Shown here one piece after another: positions 11,023 through 20,272 of a stretch of DNA of 64,000 bases. Location of the stretch: NCBI GenBank assembly GCA_965218435.1, contig CBDCKW010000009.1:2752001-2816000 (forward strand), read 5' to 3'. The DNA is from Truepera sp. (GTDB lineage: Bacteria > Deinococcota > Deinococci > Deinococcales > Trueperaceae). The notes beneath the pieces were generated by a model. The model was not told the origin of the DNA, searched no databases, and was given only the letters and a program-made list of their open reading frames with translations. The translations under genes and the position numbers were made by a program. The first letter of the stretch is position 1, and each line of letters opens with the position of its first letter.

Positions 11023-11296
11023 ACGAGAATGGAGGCAGGGGCATTGACGCTTACCAAAGTCGAAACCGGGTCACGGCTTTACGACACTTATGTTTCGTTA
11101 GCAAATCTTTACCTGTTGAGAAACCTACCAGCGAACCTGCGCTTAGCCTGGGCCGAGTTGCACCTCGTTACGCAGCACTCAGCAGCGGCGACTTCATCTG
11201 TTTCAGAAGCTTTTAATCTGGCTATAATGACCTCTATGAAAGGTGTTTATTTTGTGACGTTGCAGCCCCTTACCCTAGCCGTGTGCGCCGCCCTAT

Positions 11297-11341
11297 CAGC
11301 AGCTATCCTGCCAGCATCTATTCTGCCAGCATCTATGCGAG
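11297..11341. repeat. 15-bp tandem repeat, about 3 copies
   Basis: CAGCAGCTATCCTGC CAGCATCTATTCTGC CAGCATCTATGCGAG. Confidence 0.75.
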
Positions 11342-11366
11342 CACCTCTGAAAAGGACGGTCTTTTA

Positions 11367-12020
11367 ATGCCGCAGCTTTTGCCGCCTAATTCGAATACCT
11401 TTGCCAAATGGAGCGTGATCGGCGGCACTGTCTTTGTCGTTGCGCTGCTCTGTGCGCTCGTCATCTACGCTCGCACCGACCGCAACCGCGTTGGCGTCCC
11501 GGTCGCGCAGCCGGTTGGGTTTCAGCATTCGCTGCACGCCGGTGAGCTGGGAATCGACTGCCGTTACTGCCACTATTCAGTTGAGGTCGCCGCGTACTCA
11601 AACATTCCTCCGACTGAAATATGTATGACCTGCCACTCGCAGATTCGCGTCGGTGCGCCGCAACTTTCAGCCGTCTATGAAAGTTGGGAGACCGAAACAC
11701 CGATCGTCTGGAACCGCGTTCACGACCTCGCCGACTTTGTTTATTTCAATCACAGCGCACATATCAATAACGGCGTCGGTTGCAGTTACTGTCACGGCCG
11801 CGTAGACCAGATGTCGGCGATTTGGAAAGCTCAGCCGATGACGATGGGCTGGTGTTTGGAATGTCACCGCAATCCCGCCAAGTATGTAAGGCCCCGTGAA
11901 GAGGTCTTTAATATGGCGTACAAACCCCCGGAAAATCAGCTCGAGCTGGGCGCAAGACTCGTCAAAGCCTATAACATTAACGCCGACGCACTTGCGACCT
12001 GCTCGACGTGTCACCGTTAG
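11367..12020 (+). CDS. actA: Alternative complex III pentaheme cytochrome c subunit ActA
   Basis: One N-terminal TM helix and five CxxCH motifs (CRYCH, CMTCH, CSYCH, CLECH, CSTCH). The ATG at 11367 has an AAGGA SD and is preferred to 11283. Confidence 0.93.
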   Translation: MPQLLPPNSNTFAKWSVIGGTVFVVALLCALVIYARTDRNRVGVPVAQPVGFQHSLHAGELGIDCRYCHYSVEVAAYSNIPPTEICMTCHSQIRVGAPQLSAVYESWETETPIVWNRVHDLADFVYFNHSAHINNGVGCSYCHGRVDQMSAIWKAQPMTMGWCLECHRNPAKYVRPREEVFNMAYKPPENQLELGARLVKAYNINADALATCSTCHR

Positions 12021-12044
12021 CCTTAGCTGAGCCTGACAAAATCG

Positions 12045-12076
12045 AGACACTGATTTAAGTAAGACACTGATTTAAG
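12045..12076. repeat. 15-bp direct repeat (period 17) in the actA-actB spacer
   Basis: AGACACTGATTTAAG at 12045-12059 and 12062-12076. Confidence 0.85.
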
Positions 12077-12094
12077 ACGAGGACGGAACCTATT

Positions 12095-15000
12095 TTGGAC
12101 ATACTAGACGCACCCGACACGCAAGCAGCCAAGCAAGAAACCGTCAAACCGCTCGACCTGACGCAGATTCGTGCGCGTTTGGAAGCTCAAAAAGGCCAAG
12201 CATATTGGCGGAGCTTAGAAGAACTCGCCGAAACCCCTGAATTTGAAGAGTTTTTAACCAAAGAGTTTCCGCGTCAGGCCGCGCCGCTGGAAAGTTCGGT
12301 TGACCGCCGCGGCTTTATCAAGCTTTTAGGCGCGTCGCTGGCGCTGGCCGGACTGACCTCGTGTGTACGCCCCTATCAGCAAGACCACTTCGCACCTTAT
12401 GTTAAAGCGCCGGAAGAGTTGGTCCCTGACGAACCCCTCTATTTCGCCTCGGCGCTGACCTACGGCGGTTACGCTCAGGGCGTGTTGGTTGAGAGCTATC
12501 AGGGTCGCCCGACCAAGATTGAAGGGAATCCCGACCACCCCGATAGTTTGGGCAGCTCGAGCCCTCAGATGCAGGCCAACACCTTAGCCCTTTACGATCC
12601 CGACCGTTCACAATTTGTGGTCACCGGCGGCAACGAGAGCAGTTTTGCCGAGTTTACCCGGGTCTTTACCACGGCACTTTCCGGCTTGCAAAACGGCGCG
12701 GGTTTTCATATTTTAAGCGAAACCGTCACCTCGCCGACCTTGGCGCGGCAGCTCGCCGCAGTCTTGCAGCAGTACCCGCAGGCGCAGTGGCATCAGTTCG
12801 ATGGACTGCAAACCGGCGCACAAGCGGGCGCAGAACAAGCGTTCGGCCGCCCCCTTCAAACGCGTTACGACTTCTTAAACGCCGACGTCATTTTGTCATT
12901 AGACGCCGACTTTCTCGGGCCGGGACCGGGCCAGCTCGCCTACAGCCGGAGCTTTGCCGAACGTCGGCGGGTCCGGAGCGCCGACGATACGATGAACCGG
13001 CTTTACGCCCTCGAGCTCACCCCGACGATTACCGGCAGCATGGCCGACCACCGTGTCTCGTTGACCCCTGCGCAGACTGCTGCAGCGGCTCGTCATATCG
13101 CCGGGCAACTCGGTGTAACAGGCGTGTCGGGCGAACTTCCTAAAGGATTGGAGGCCGCCTGGGTCAACGCACTTATAGAAGACCTGCAAGGCGCGAACGG
13201 CCGCTGCGCCGTCGTCCCCGGAGCCGAACAACCCGCTGAAGTTCACGCACTCGCTCACGCGATGAACGCGGCGCTCGGCACCGTCGGGACGACCGTCTTT
13301 TATACCGAGTCCGTCGCCGTCCAACCGACGGATTCTTTAAGGTCGTTGCAAACTCTGACCGACGCCGCTAATAACGGCAACGTTCAGGTGCTGCTGATGT
13401 TAGGTGGTAACCCGGTTTACGCCGCTCCCGCTGATATTGACTTTGAAAAAGTGCTGGCCAATGTGCCTTTTAGTGCGCACCTGAGCCTCTACCGCGACGA
13501 AACCTCGTCACGCGCAACCTGGCACGTTCCGCAAACGCACGAGCTCGAGACCTGGAGCGACGCGAGAGCTTTCAACGGGACTGCCACGGTGATGCAGCAG
13601 ATGATCGACCCGTTTTACAACGGGATTTCGGCGCATCAGCTGCTCGCAGCTATCCTGGGCGACACTGAATCAACGCCGCTGCAGCTCGTTCAAGCCACCT
13701 ATCAAGACCAAGTTGCGGACGACTTCGAAGGGTTTTGGCGGCAGACGGTCTACCAGGGGACGGTCAACGGCACAGCTTACAAACCTATTCAGCCCAAGCT
13801 TCAGGCCAACGCCTTGGCCGCACCACAAAACGAGGCCGCAGGTAATAAAGTTACGGGTGGGGGGCTCGAGGTCGCCTTTCGGCTCGACCCGAATATCTTA
13901 GACGGCCGCTACAGCAACAACGGTTGGCTCCAAGAACTACCCAAACCCTTTTCTAAACTTACCTGGGACAACGCCGCGCTGATCGCCCCGGCTTTGGCCG
14001 AGCGCCAAGGGTTGAGTAACGGCGATATGGTGCGGGTGACGCTGGGGCAAAGAAGTCTCGAGCTGCCCGCCTTGCTCGTTCCCGGTCAAGCGGATAACCT
14101 CATCGTCTTGCACACCGGGTACGGCCGCGAAAACGCCGGTCATATCGGGACCGGTGTCGGTTTTGACGTCGGCGTGCTCCGCACCGCCGCAACGTACTGG
14201 CACGCGACCGGCGCACAGCTCACTCCGACCGGCAACAGTTATCAGCTCGTCAGCACTCAGATGCATCACGCTTTAGACACCAAAGGGATCGAAAACCGCC
14301 ACATCGTCCGGCACGGCACCTTAGCCGAGCTTAAGGCGGAGCCTGAACACCCACATTTCGTCAACCCCACCGAGCACGAAGAGTCAGACCTTTACGCGAA
14401 CTACAGCTACCCGGATTACAAATGGGGCATGGTCATTGACATGAACGTCTGCACCTCGTGTAACGCCTGCGTGACTGCGTGCCAAGCTGAAAACAACATC
14501 CCGATTGTCGGTAAAGGACAGGTCGCCGTCGGCCGCGAAATGCACTGGATTCGGGTTGACGCTTACTATTCGGGCACGGTAGATGACCCGACCTTTTACA
14601 GTATGCCGATGATGTGCCAGATGTGCGAGCAAGCGCCGTGTGAACCCGTGTGTCCGGTCGGCGCGACCGTTCACGATCAACAGGGCATCAACGTGATGGT
14701 GTATAACCGCTGCGTCGGGACGCGTTACTGCTCGAACAACTGCCCTTACAAAGTGCGGCGTTTTAACTTTTTACAGTACGCCGAGCTCGAGGAAACCAGC
14801 CTCGCCATGCTCGCCAACCCCAACGTTACCGTACGGAGCCGCGGGGTGATGGAAAAGTGCAACTACTGCTTGCAGCGTATCCGTAAAGCCACCATCGTCT
14901 CAGGCAATGAGCGCCGCCACATCCGCGAGGGCGAGGTCGTAACCGCGTGTCAGAGTGCCTGCCCGACCAACGCGATTATCTTCGGCGACCTCAACAACGA

Positions 15001-15169
15001 AAAGAGCGCCGTCGTTCAGGACAAACGCTCGGTGCTTAACTACGGCGTGCTGACCGAACTTAACACACAGCCGCGCACGACCTATTTGGCTAAACTCAGC
15101 AATCCCCACCCGACTCTCGCCGAAGCCGGTAGCGACGCGGTAAGAGACGCCGCGACAGGAGCACTCTGA
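12095..15169 (+). CDS. actB: Alternative complex III subunit ActB (molybdopterin oxidoreductase-like domain fused to an Fe-S domain)
   Basis: YWRSLEEL N-terminus, Tat motif DRRGFIK followed by a lipobox-like LTSC, GRPTKIEGNP, and Cys clusters CTSCNAC, CQMCEQAPCEPVCP, CVGTRYCSNNCP, MEKCNYC. Confidence 0.94.
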   Translation: MDILDAPDTQAAKQETVKPLDLTQIRARLEAQKGQAYWRSLEELAETPEFEEFLTKEFPRQAAPLESSVDRRGFIKLLGASLALAGLTSCVRPYQQDHFAPYVKAPEELVPDEPLYFASALTYGGYAQGVLVESYQGRPTKIEGNPDHPDSLGSSSPQMQANTLALYDPDRSQFVVTGGNESSFAEFTRVFTTALSGLQNGAGFHILSETVTSPTLARQLAAVLQQYPQAQWHQFDGLQTGAQAGAEQAFGRPLQTRYDFLNADVILSLDADFLGPGPGQLAYSRSFAERRRVRSADDTMNRLYALELTPTITGSMADHRVSLTPAQTAAAARHIAGQLGVTGVSGELPKGLEAAWVNALIEDLQGANGRCAVVPGAEQPAEVHALAHAMNAALGTVGTTVFYTESVAVQPTDSLRSLQTLTDAANNGNVQVLLMLGGNPVYAAPADIDFEKVLANVPFSAHLSLYRDETSSRATWHVPQTHELETWSDARAFNGTATVMQQMIDPFYNGISAHQLLAAILGDTESTPLQLVQATYQDQVADDFEGFWRQTVYQGTVNGTAYKPIQPKLQANALAAPQNEAAGNKVTGGGLEVAFRLDPNILDGRYSNNGWLQELPKPFSKLTWDNAALIAPALAERQGLSNGDMVRVTLGQRSLELPALLVPGQADNLIVLHTGYGRENAGHIGTGVGFDVGVLRTAATYWHATGAQLTPTGNSYQLVSTQMHHALDTKGIENRHIVRHGTLAELKAEPEHPHFVNPTEHEESDLYANYSYPDYKWGMVIDMNVCTSCNACVTACQAENNIPIVGKGQVAVGREMHWIRVDAYYSGTVDDPTFYSMPMMCQMCEQAPCEPVCPVGATVHDQQGINVMVYNRCVGTRYCSNNCPYKVRRFNFLQYAELEETSLAMLANPNVTVRSRGVMEKCNYCLQRIRKATIVSGNERRHIREGEVVTACQSACPTNAIIFGDLNNEKSAVVQDKRSVLNYGVLTELNTQPRTTYLAKLSNPHPTLAEAGSDAVRDAATGAL

Positions 15170-16578
15170 TGGCTGTTCAACGAAGAGGACGCGTACAAGA
15201 AACGAACCGCGTGATCGCTCCCGGTCAGTCGTACGGCGGCGTTGACGACGTTGTTGATCGCCCGATTTTCCGTACCTTAACGCGCGCCCCGCGTTGGTGG
15301 TTTTTAGGCTTTGCGATCGGCTTTGTACTTTTAATGCTCTGGCTCTACACCGTCGTGACGCTGATCATCCGCGGTACCGGCATTTTCGGCAACAACATCC
15401 CCGTCGCCTGGGCCTTCCCGATTATCAACTTCGTCTGGTGGATCGGGATCGGTCACGCCGGAACGCTGATTTCAGCGATTTTACTCTTGTTTCGGCAAGA
15501 TTGGCGTACTTCGATCAACCGCTTTGCCGAGGCGATGACGCTTTTCGCCGTCGTCTGCGCCGGTCTCGGGCCGATTTTGCACTTAGGGAGGCCGTGGGTT
15601 TTTTACTGGCTCGCCCCTTACCCTAATACCTACGGGTTGTGGCCTCAGTTTCGCAGTCCGCTCGATTGGGATTTGTTTGCGATTTCAACCTACGCGAGTG
15701 TTTCGGCGCTCTTCTGGTTTATCGGGTTGGTACCCGACCTGGCGTCGATGCGGGACAAAGCGACGCACCCGTTTTCACGTATCTTTTACGGTACCCTGGC
15801 CCTCGGCTGGCGCGGCTCGGCTAAACACTGGCAGCGGTATCAGCGGGCCTACCTTCTTTTGGCCGCGCTCTCGACGCCGCTGGTACTGTCGGTTCACTCG
15901 ACGATTGCGATGGACTTCGCCGTAGCGCAGTTGCCGGGATGGAACAACACCATCGCGCCGCCTTACTTCGTCGCCGGAGCGGTTTACGCCGGTTTTGCAA
16001 TGGTCTTGATTTTAGGGATTCCGCTGCGGCGCGCGTACGGTTTAGAAGGTTTGATTACTAAAAAACACCTCGACAACTGCGCCAAAGTGATGTTTGCAAC
16101 CGGGATGATCGTCTTGTACGGCTACATCATCGAACTCTTTATCGCCTGGTATTCAGGCGTCGAGTACGAACGCTTTATGGCGTATAACCGCGTATTCGGC
16201 GACTATGCATGGGCGTTTTGGGCGCTGATCGTCTGTAACGGCCTTACCATTCAGGCGCTCTGGTTTAAGCGGGTACGGCAATCAACCGTTGCACTTTTTG
16301 TGATCTCACTCGTTGTTTCAGTGGGGATGTGGCTCGAGCGTTACGTCATCATCGCCATCAGCTTGACCCGCGACTTTTTACCGTCGTCCTGGGGTAACTA
16401 CACCCCAACCGTATTCGACTGGTCGCTCTTTATCGGTTCGATAGGTCTCTTTTTATCGCTCTGGTTCGTATTTATCCGGCTCCTCCCGTCAATCGCCACG
16501 TCAGAAATTAAAGAGCTGGTTCACCACGAGAGACATCACGGCGCAACCCATGAGGCGACCCCAGGAGAGGTAGGGTAA
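15169..16578 (+). CDS. actC: Alternative complex III quinol-oxidising subunit ActC (NrfD/PsrC family)
   Basis: NFVWWIGIGHAGTLISA, NRFAEAMT, HLGRPW, SPLDWD, PLVLSVHS, GMWLERY. Confidence 0.95.
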   Translation: MAVQRRGRVQETNRVIAPGQSYGGVDDVVDRPIFRTLTRAPRWWFLGFAIGFVLLMLWLYTVVTLIIRGTGIFGNNIPVAWAFPIINFVWWIGIGHAGTLISAILLLFRQDWRTSINRFAEAMTLFAVVCAGLGPILHLGRPWVFYWLAPYPNTYGLWPQFRSPLDWDLFAISTYASVSALFWFIGLVPDLASMRDKATHPFSRIFYGTLALGWRGSAKHWQRYQRAYLLLAALSTPLVLSVHSTIAMDFAVAQLPGWNNTIAPPYFVAGAVYAGFAMVLILGIPLRRAYGLEGLITKKHLDNCAKVMFATGMIVLYGYIIELFIAWYSGVEYERFMAYNRVFGDYAWAFWALIVCNGLTIQALWFKRVRQSTVALFVISLVVSVGMWLERYVIIAISLTRDFLPSSWGNYTPTVFDWSLFIGSIGLFLSLWFVFIRLLPSIATSEIKELVHHERHHGATHEATPGEVG

Positions 16579-17147
16579 TGACTGTAGGTGTTTCAGTAGC
16601 TAATATAGCGGACGTTGACCCTGAACTTTACGGCGTCGTCGCAGAGTTCGACACCCCTGAAGCCGTGGTTGACGCGGCTAACCACGCCCGCGAAGCAGGG
16701 TACAAAAAGATGGACGCGTACACGCCTTTTCCGGTCAACGGGCTCGACGAGGCGCTTGGGATGACCAATACCCGGCTGGGCTGGTTCGTCCTGTTGATGG
16801 GGATTACCGGCGGCCTCGCTGCGTTTGCGATGCAGTTTTACGCCAACGCTGTCTTTTACCCGCTAAATATCGGCGGCAAACCGCTGAACTCATGGCCCAA
16901 CTTCGTCGTCATCACCTTTGAATGTACAATTCTTTTTGCTGCGTTTACCGCCGGACTTTTTATGCTCGCCCGCAACGGTTTGCCGCAGCCCTACCACTCG
17001 ATCTTTAACACCCCCAACTTCGAACGGGCGACCAGAGACCACTTTTTTCTCTGTATCGAGGCTTCTGATGAGCAGTTCGACGCGCAAAAAGTCGGCGAGT
17101 TTTTAGGGACGCTGAGCCCACTACGCGTCTCTGAGGTTGAGGTTTAA
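16578..17147 (+). CDS. actD: Alternative complex III subunit ActD (DUF3341)
   Basis: DAYTPFPVNGLDEALG, IGGKPLNSWP, TFECTIL; operon position. Confidence 0.92.
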   Translation: MTVGVSVANIADVDPELYGVVAEFDTPEAVVDAANHAREAGYKKMDAYTPFPVNGLDEALGMTNTRLGWFVLLMGITGGLAAFAMQFYANAVFYPLNIGGKPLNSWPNFVVITFECTILFAAFTAGLFMLARNGLPQPYHSIFNTPNFERATRDHFFLCIEASDEQFDAQKVGEFLGTLSPLRVSEVEV

Positions 17148-17148
17148 G

Positions 17149-17769
17149 ATGCGTAAGCTCGTCTTTTTAGCCGCTTTACTCGTCGCGCTTACCGGTTGCG
17201 GCCGCAACATGTATCAGCAAGCGAAGTATCAAGAAGATAAACCCTCACCGTTTTTTGCCGACGGTACCTCGTCGAGACCTATACCCGACGGTACCGTCTC
17301 CCGTAGCCGCGGCGCGATTCAAGCGTCCTTTTTTACCGGGCAAGATAAAAACGGGCTTTTAACCGAAGTGCCCTTAGAGGTCACCGAAGCGGTTCTTAAA
17401 CGCGGCCAAGAGCGGTTTAATATCTACTGCTCGCCGTGTCACAACTACTCGGGGAACGGCAGAGGGATGATCGTGCAAAAGGGTTTTGTGCAGCCTACGT
17501 CGTTTCACGACCCAAGGTTGCGCGCTTCGCCGGTCGGCTACTTTTTTAACGTGATTACGAACGGTTACGGGCGGATGTATTCGTACGCGTCACGGGTACC
17601 CCCGGCCGACCGTTGGGCGATTGCCGCCTATATCAAGACGCTGCAGTATTCACAAGACGCGCCGGTCGCAGACCTCCCGGCTAACTTGCGTAAGAGCCTC
17701 GCCCAACCTCAGCCCGCGACCGATCAAGCTGCGTCTAATACCCCCGCAACTGAAGGAGCCAATCAGTGA
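17149..17769 (+). CDS. actE: Alternative complex III monoheme lipoprotein ActE
   Basis: Lipobox LTGC, RGQERFNIYCSPCH, GYGRMYSY, DRWAI; GAGG SD before ATG 17149. Confidence 0.92.
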   Translation: MRKLVFLAALLVALTGCGRNMYQQAKYQEDKPSPFFADGTSSRPIPDGTVSRSRGAIQASFFTGQDKNGLLTEVPLEVTEAVLKRGQERFNIYCSPCHNYSGNGRGMIVQKGFVQPTSFHDPRLRASPVGYFFNVITNGYGRMYSYASRVPPADRWAIAAYIKTLQYSQDAPVADLPANLRKSLAQPQPATDQAASNTPATEGANQ

Positions 17770-18977
17770 GCCGCACCGACACCACCGGGATTTCTTCCGG
17801 CACCCCCTATCAAGCGAGTCTCGGGCGCGCCCAAAACGCTGCGGCGATCGTCGGCGTTTTAGGGCTCGTGCTGGCAGTGATCCTCGTTCCGCTCAGCGGC
17901 GGCCTGACCGCTTTTTTTCAGTCTTACCTGATCGCCTTCGTATTTTGGGTCGGCTTGACGCTCGGGTGCCTCGCGCTACTGATGATTCAGTACCTCGCCG
18001 GGGGTCCGTGGGGCGCGATTGCGCGGCGCTTTCTCGAGGCCGGTGCGAGTAACATCTTGATGATGGCGGTTCTCGTTATTCCCGTACTACTAGGTCTAAG
18101 AAGCCTTTACGTCTGGACCGACCCGGCCTACGTTGCGTCGCATCTTACGGTCAACCTCAAAACGAGCTACCTCAATATCCCCTTTTTTATCGTCCGGACG
18201 ATCATCTACTTTGCGACCTGGGGTATTCTCGTACAGCTTTTCCGGGGGTGGTCGCGGCGTCAAGATGAAGGCGACCCCAAAATGGCGCAACAGCTCAGAA
18301 ACGCCGGGGCAGCCGGTGTTTTGATGTTCGTCGTGACGATGACCTTTGCCGCTTTTGATTGGGGCATGTCGCTGACGCCGGAGTGGTTTTCGGGGATGTA
18401 CGGCGTGATTTTTATGATCGGCCAACTTATCAGCGCCGTGTCACTGCTGATTTTGCTGCTCGTTTCGTTTCAAAATGTCGAGCCACTGCCCAAAGTCTTA
18501 AATGCGGCGCGGCTGCAAGATTTCGGTAACTTTTTGATGGCCTTTACGATGTTTTGGGCGTACGTGCAGATGTCGCAGCTGATTATCCTCTGGTCAAATA
18601 ACGTCGTGGAAACGAACACCTGGTACGTTACCCGCCTCGAGTCGGGTTGGGTCTGGGTCAGCTCGTTTTTACTCGTGTTTCACTTTATGGCACCTTTTTT
18701 GATCCTCTTTTCACGTTGGGTCAAACGCAAAGGCCGCGCCCTCGTCTGGGTGGCGGGCTGGATGATCGTAATGCGCATCGTTGACATCTACTGGATTTTG
18801 GTACCGACGTTTCAGCGTCCCGGCAATGCGTTTCGGCTCCTTGACGTCGCGCTGATTTTAGCTTTGGGCGGCGTCTGGCTCAGCTTCTTTTTCCGGCGGC
18901 TTAAAACCACCTCGATCTTGCCCGCGCACGACCCGCGTATCGAATCCGAGCTGATGGGAGCAGCCGCGCATGACTGA
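17766..18977 (+). CDS. actF: Alternative complex III membrane subunit ActF
   Basis: About 10 TM helices; DWGMSLTPEWFSGMYG, DFGNFLMAFTMFWAY, IVDIYW. Confidence 0.92.
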   Translation: MSRTDTTGISSGTPYQASLGRAQNAAAIVGVLGLVLAVILVPLSGGLTAFFQSYLIAFVFWVGLTLGCLALLMIQYLAGGPWGAIARRFLEAGASNILMMAVLVIPVLLGLRSLYVWTDPAYVASHLTVNLKTSYLNIPFFIVRTIIYFATWGILVQLFRGWSRRQDEGDPKMAQQLRNAGAAGVLMFVVTMTFAAFDWGMSLTPEWFSGMYGVIFMIGQLISAVSLLILLLVSFQNVEPLPKVLNAARLQDFGNFLMAFTMFWAYVQMSQLIILWSNNVVETNTWYVTRLESGWVWVSSFLLVFHFMAPFLILFSRWVKRKGRALVWVAGWMIVMRIVDIYWILVPTFQRPGNAFRLLDVALILALGGVWLSFFFRRLKTTSILPAHDPRIESELMGAAAHD

Positions 18978-20151
18978 CAAACCAGACCGGCAAGACAATC
19001 ATCCCGGCCGTGACAACGATCCCAAAGAGGTTGGGCGCGAAGCTGAAGCGTTAAGTCCCAATCAGGACACGCGAAACGACCGTGAGAATATCGCCGAAGA
19101 CGAGATGGGGGTTCCCGGCCAAGCAGAACTCGACGCCAGTCAGAAAAAAAGCCGTCCTCTCGACCGACCCGAAGACAACGCTAAAGTTGACCGGGTAATG
19201 CCCGCTGAGCCGGAGCAGGTAGCCGCGCCGAAACCGCGTAGCTATGTGATGTCGCCCCACGCCTTACGCAATCTATTTATCGCCAGCAACGTCGCTGGAG
19301 TTTTGATTATCGTGGTGATTTTGACGCTGGCCTCGAGTGCGCCTCAAGGCCGCCTCGCCCCGGCTGACGAAACGCAGTACCAAAGGACGCTGCTCGAGGC
19401 GACCGATACGATCAACACCGCCGCTCAAAATCAGGGAGGCCAAACTGCCCGTATCCCTATAAGCGAGGCGATGACGCTCGTTGCTAAAGAAGGGCTCGGC
19501 CCGGTCACCCAAGCATTGGCTGCGCCGCCTACTACTCCTGCAGCAGCGACGCCCTCACCTACCCCGGCCGAAGCCGCCGCACCCGCGCCCGCGAAACCCG
19601 CCAACGCTGCGGCTGGGCCAGCTGGAGGGGCAACCGCGCAGAAAAACGCAGTGCAGGCTCAGGCTGCCGGGGCACAACCCGCTGGAGCACAGCAAAGTAA
19701 TCAGCAGAGTAATCAAAGCAGTGCGCCTGCAGCGGCACCCGCTCTTGACCTCAGCGCCGGTGAGACCGTCTTTACCACTAACTGTGCGTCGTGCCACCAG
19801 ACCACCGGACTCGGGGTTGCGGGCGCGTTCCCGCCCCTCAAGGGTCATGTTCCGACGCTCTACAACGCCGACCGCAGCTACCTGATTAGCCTCCTCTTAT
19901 ACGGCTTACAGGGCGAAGTTCAGATTGAGAGCCAAACTTATAACGGCGTGATGCCCGCGTGGCAGCAACTTTCAGACGACGATATCGCCAACGCACTTAA
20001 CTACGTGACCCACGCGTGGGGAAACGCCGACGCGCTGCAAAACTTTAAGCCGTACGAAGCTGCAGAGATTAAAAGTGCTAGAGGCGACTCGCTGAGTTCA
20101 GATCAGGTCTACGCGCTGAGGCAAAAACTCGGCTTGACCGGAAAAAACTAA
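18970..20151 (+). CDS. ActG-like membrane anchor fused via an Ala/Pro/Gln linker to a cytochrome c552-like domain
   Basis: Acidic disordered N-terminus, one TM helix, ActG-like ARIPISEAM, low-complexity linker, then CASCH..GAFPPL..LLYGLQG..YNGVMPAW. Confidence 0.8.
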   Translation: MTDKPDRQDNHPGRDNDPKEVGREAEALSPNQDTRNDRENIAEDEMGVPGQAELDASQKKSRPLDRPEDNAKVDRVMPAEPEQVAAPKPRSYVMSPHALRNLFIASNVAGVLIIVVILTLASSAPQGRLAPADETQYQRTLLEATDTINTAAQNQGGQTARIPISEAMTLVAKEGLGPVTQALAAPPTTPAAATPSPTPAEAAAPAPAKPANAAAGPAGGATAQKNAVQAQAAGAQPAGAQQSNQQSNQSSAPAAAPALDLSAGETVFTTNCASCHQTTGLGVAGAFPPLKGHVPTLYNADRSYLISLLLYGLQGEVQIESQTYNGVMPAWQQLSDDDIANALNYVTHAWGNADALQNFKPYEAAEIKSARGDSLSSDQVYALRQKLGLTGKN

Positions 20152-20185
20152 CTACATTACGTCAGATCAAATATCAGGTCAACCC

Positions 20186-20212
20186 AAGGTGAGTTTAGGC
20201 TCACCTTTTTTT
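20186..20212 (+). terminator. Rho-independent terminator of the act operon
   Basis: AAGGTGAG-TTTAGG-CTCACCTT followed by a T run. Confidence 0.85.
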
Positions 20213-20272
20213 ATGGCTCTTTTATGGCGTACTCAGGGTAAGCTGGCTTTACAGTTCATTTGAGGAGCATCT

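Noticed and set aside
11029..11367. 112-aa ORF upstream of actA, and the 11283 extended start of actA
   Set aside because: There is no SD or recognisable motif, and both run through a promoter-like TATAAT and a tandem repeat. ATG 11367 has an SD and an ActA-like N-terminus.
4494..12076. Short direct repeats as CRISPR arrays
   Set aside because: They have only 2-3 copies with no unique spacers, and there are no cas genes.
12095..15169. Catalytic molybdoenzyme (formate or nitrate reductase type)
   Set aside because: The operon context and the fused Fe-S domain identify it as ActB, which is known not to bind a molybdenum cofactor.
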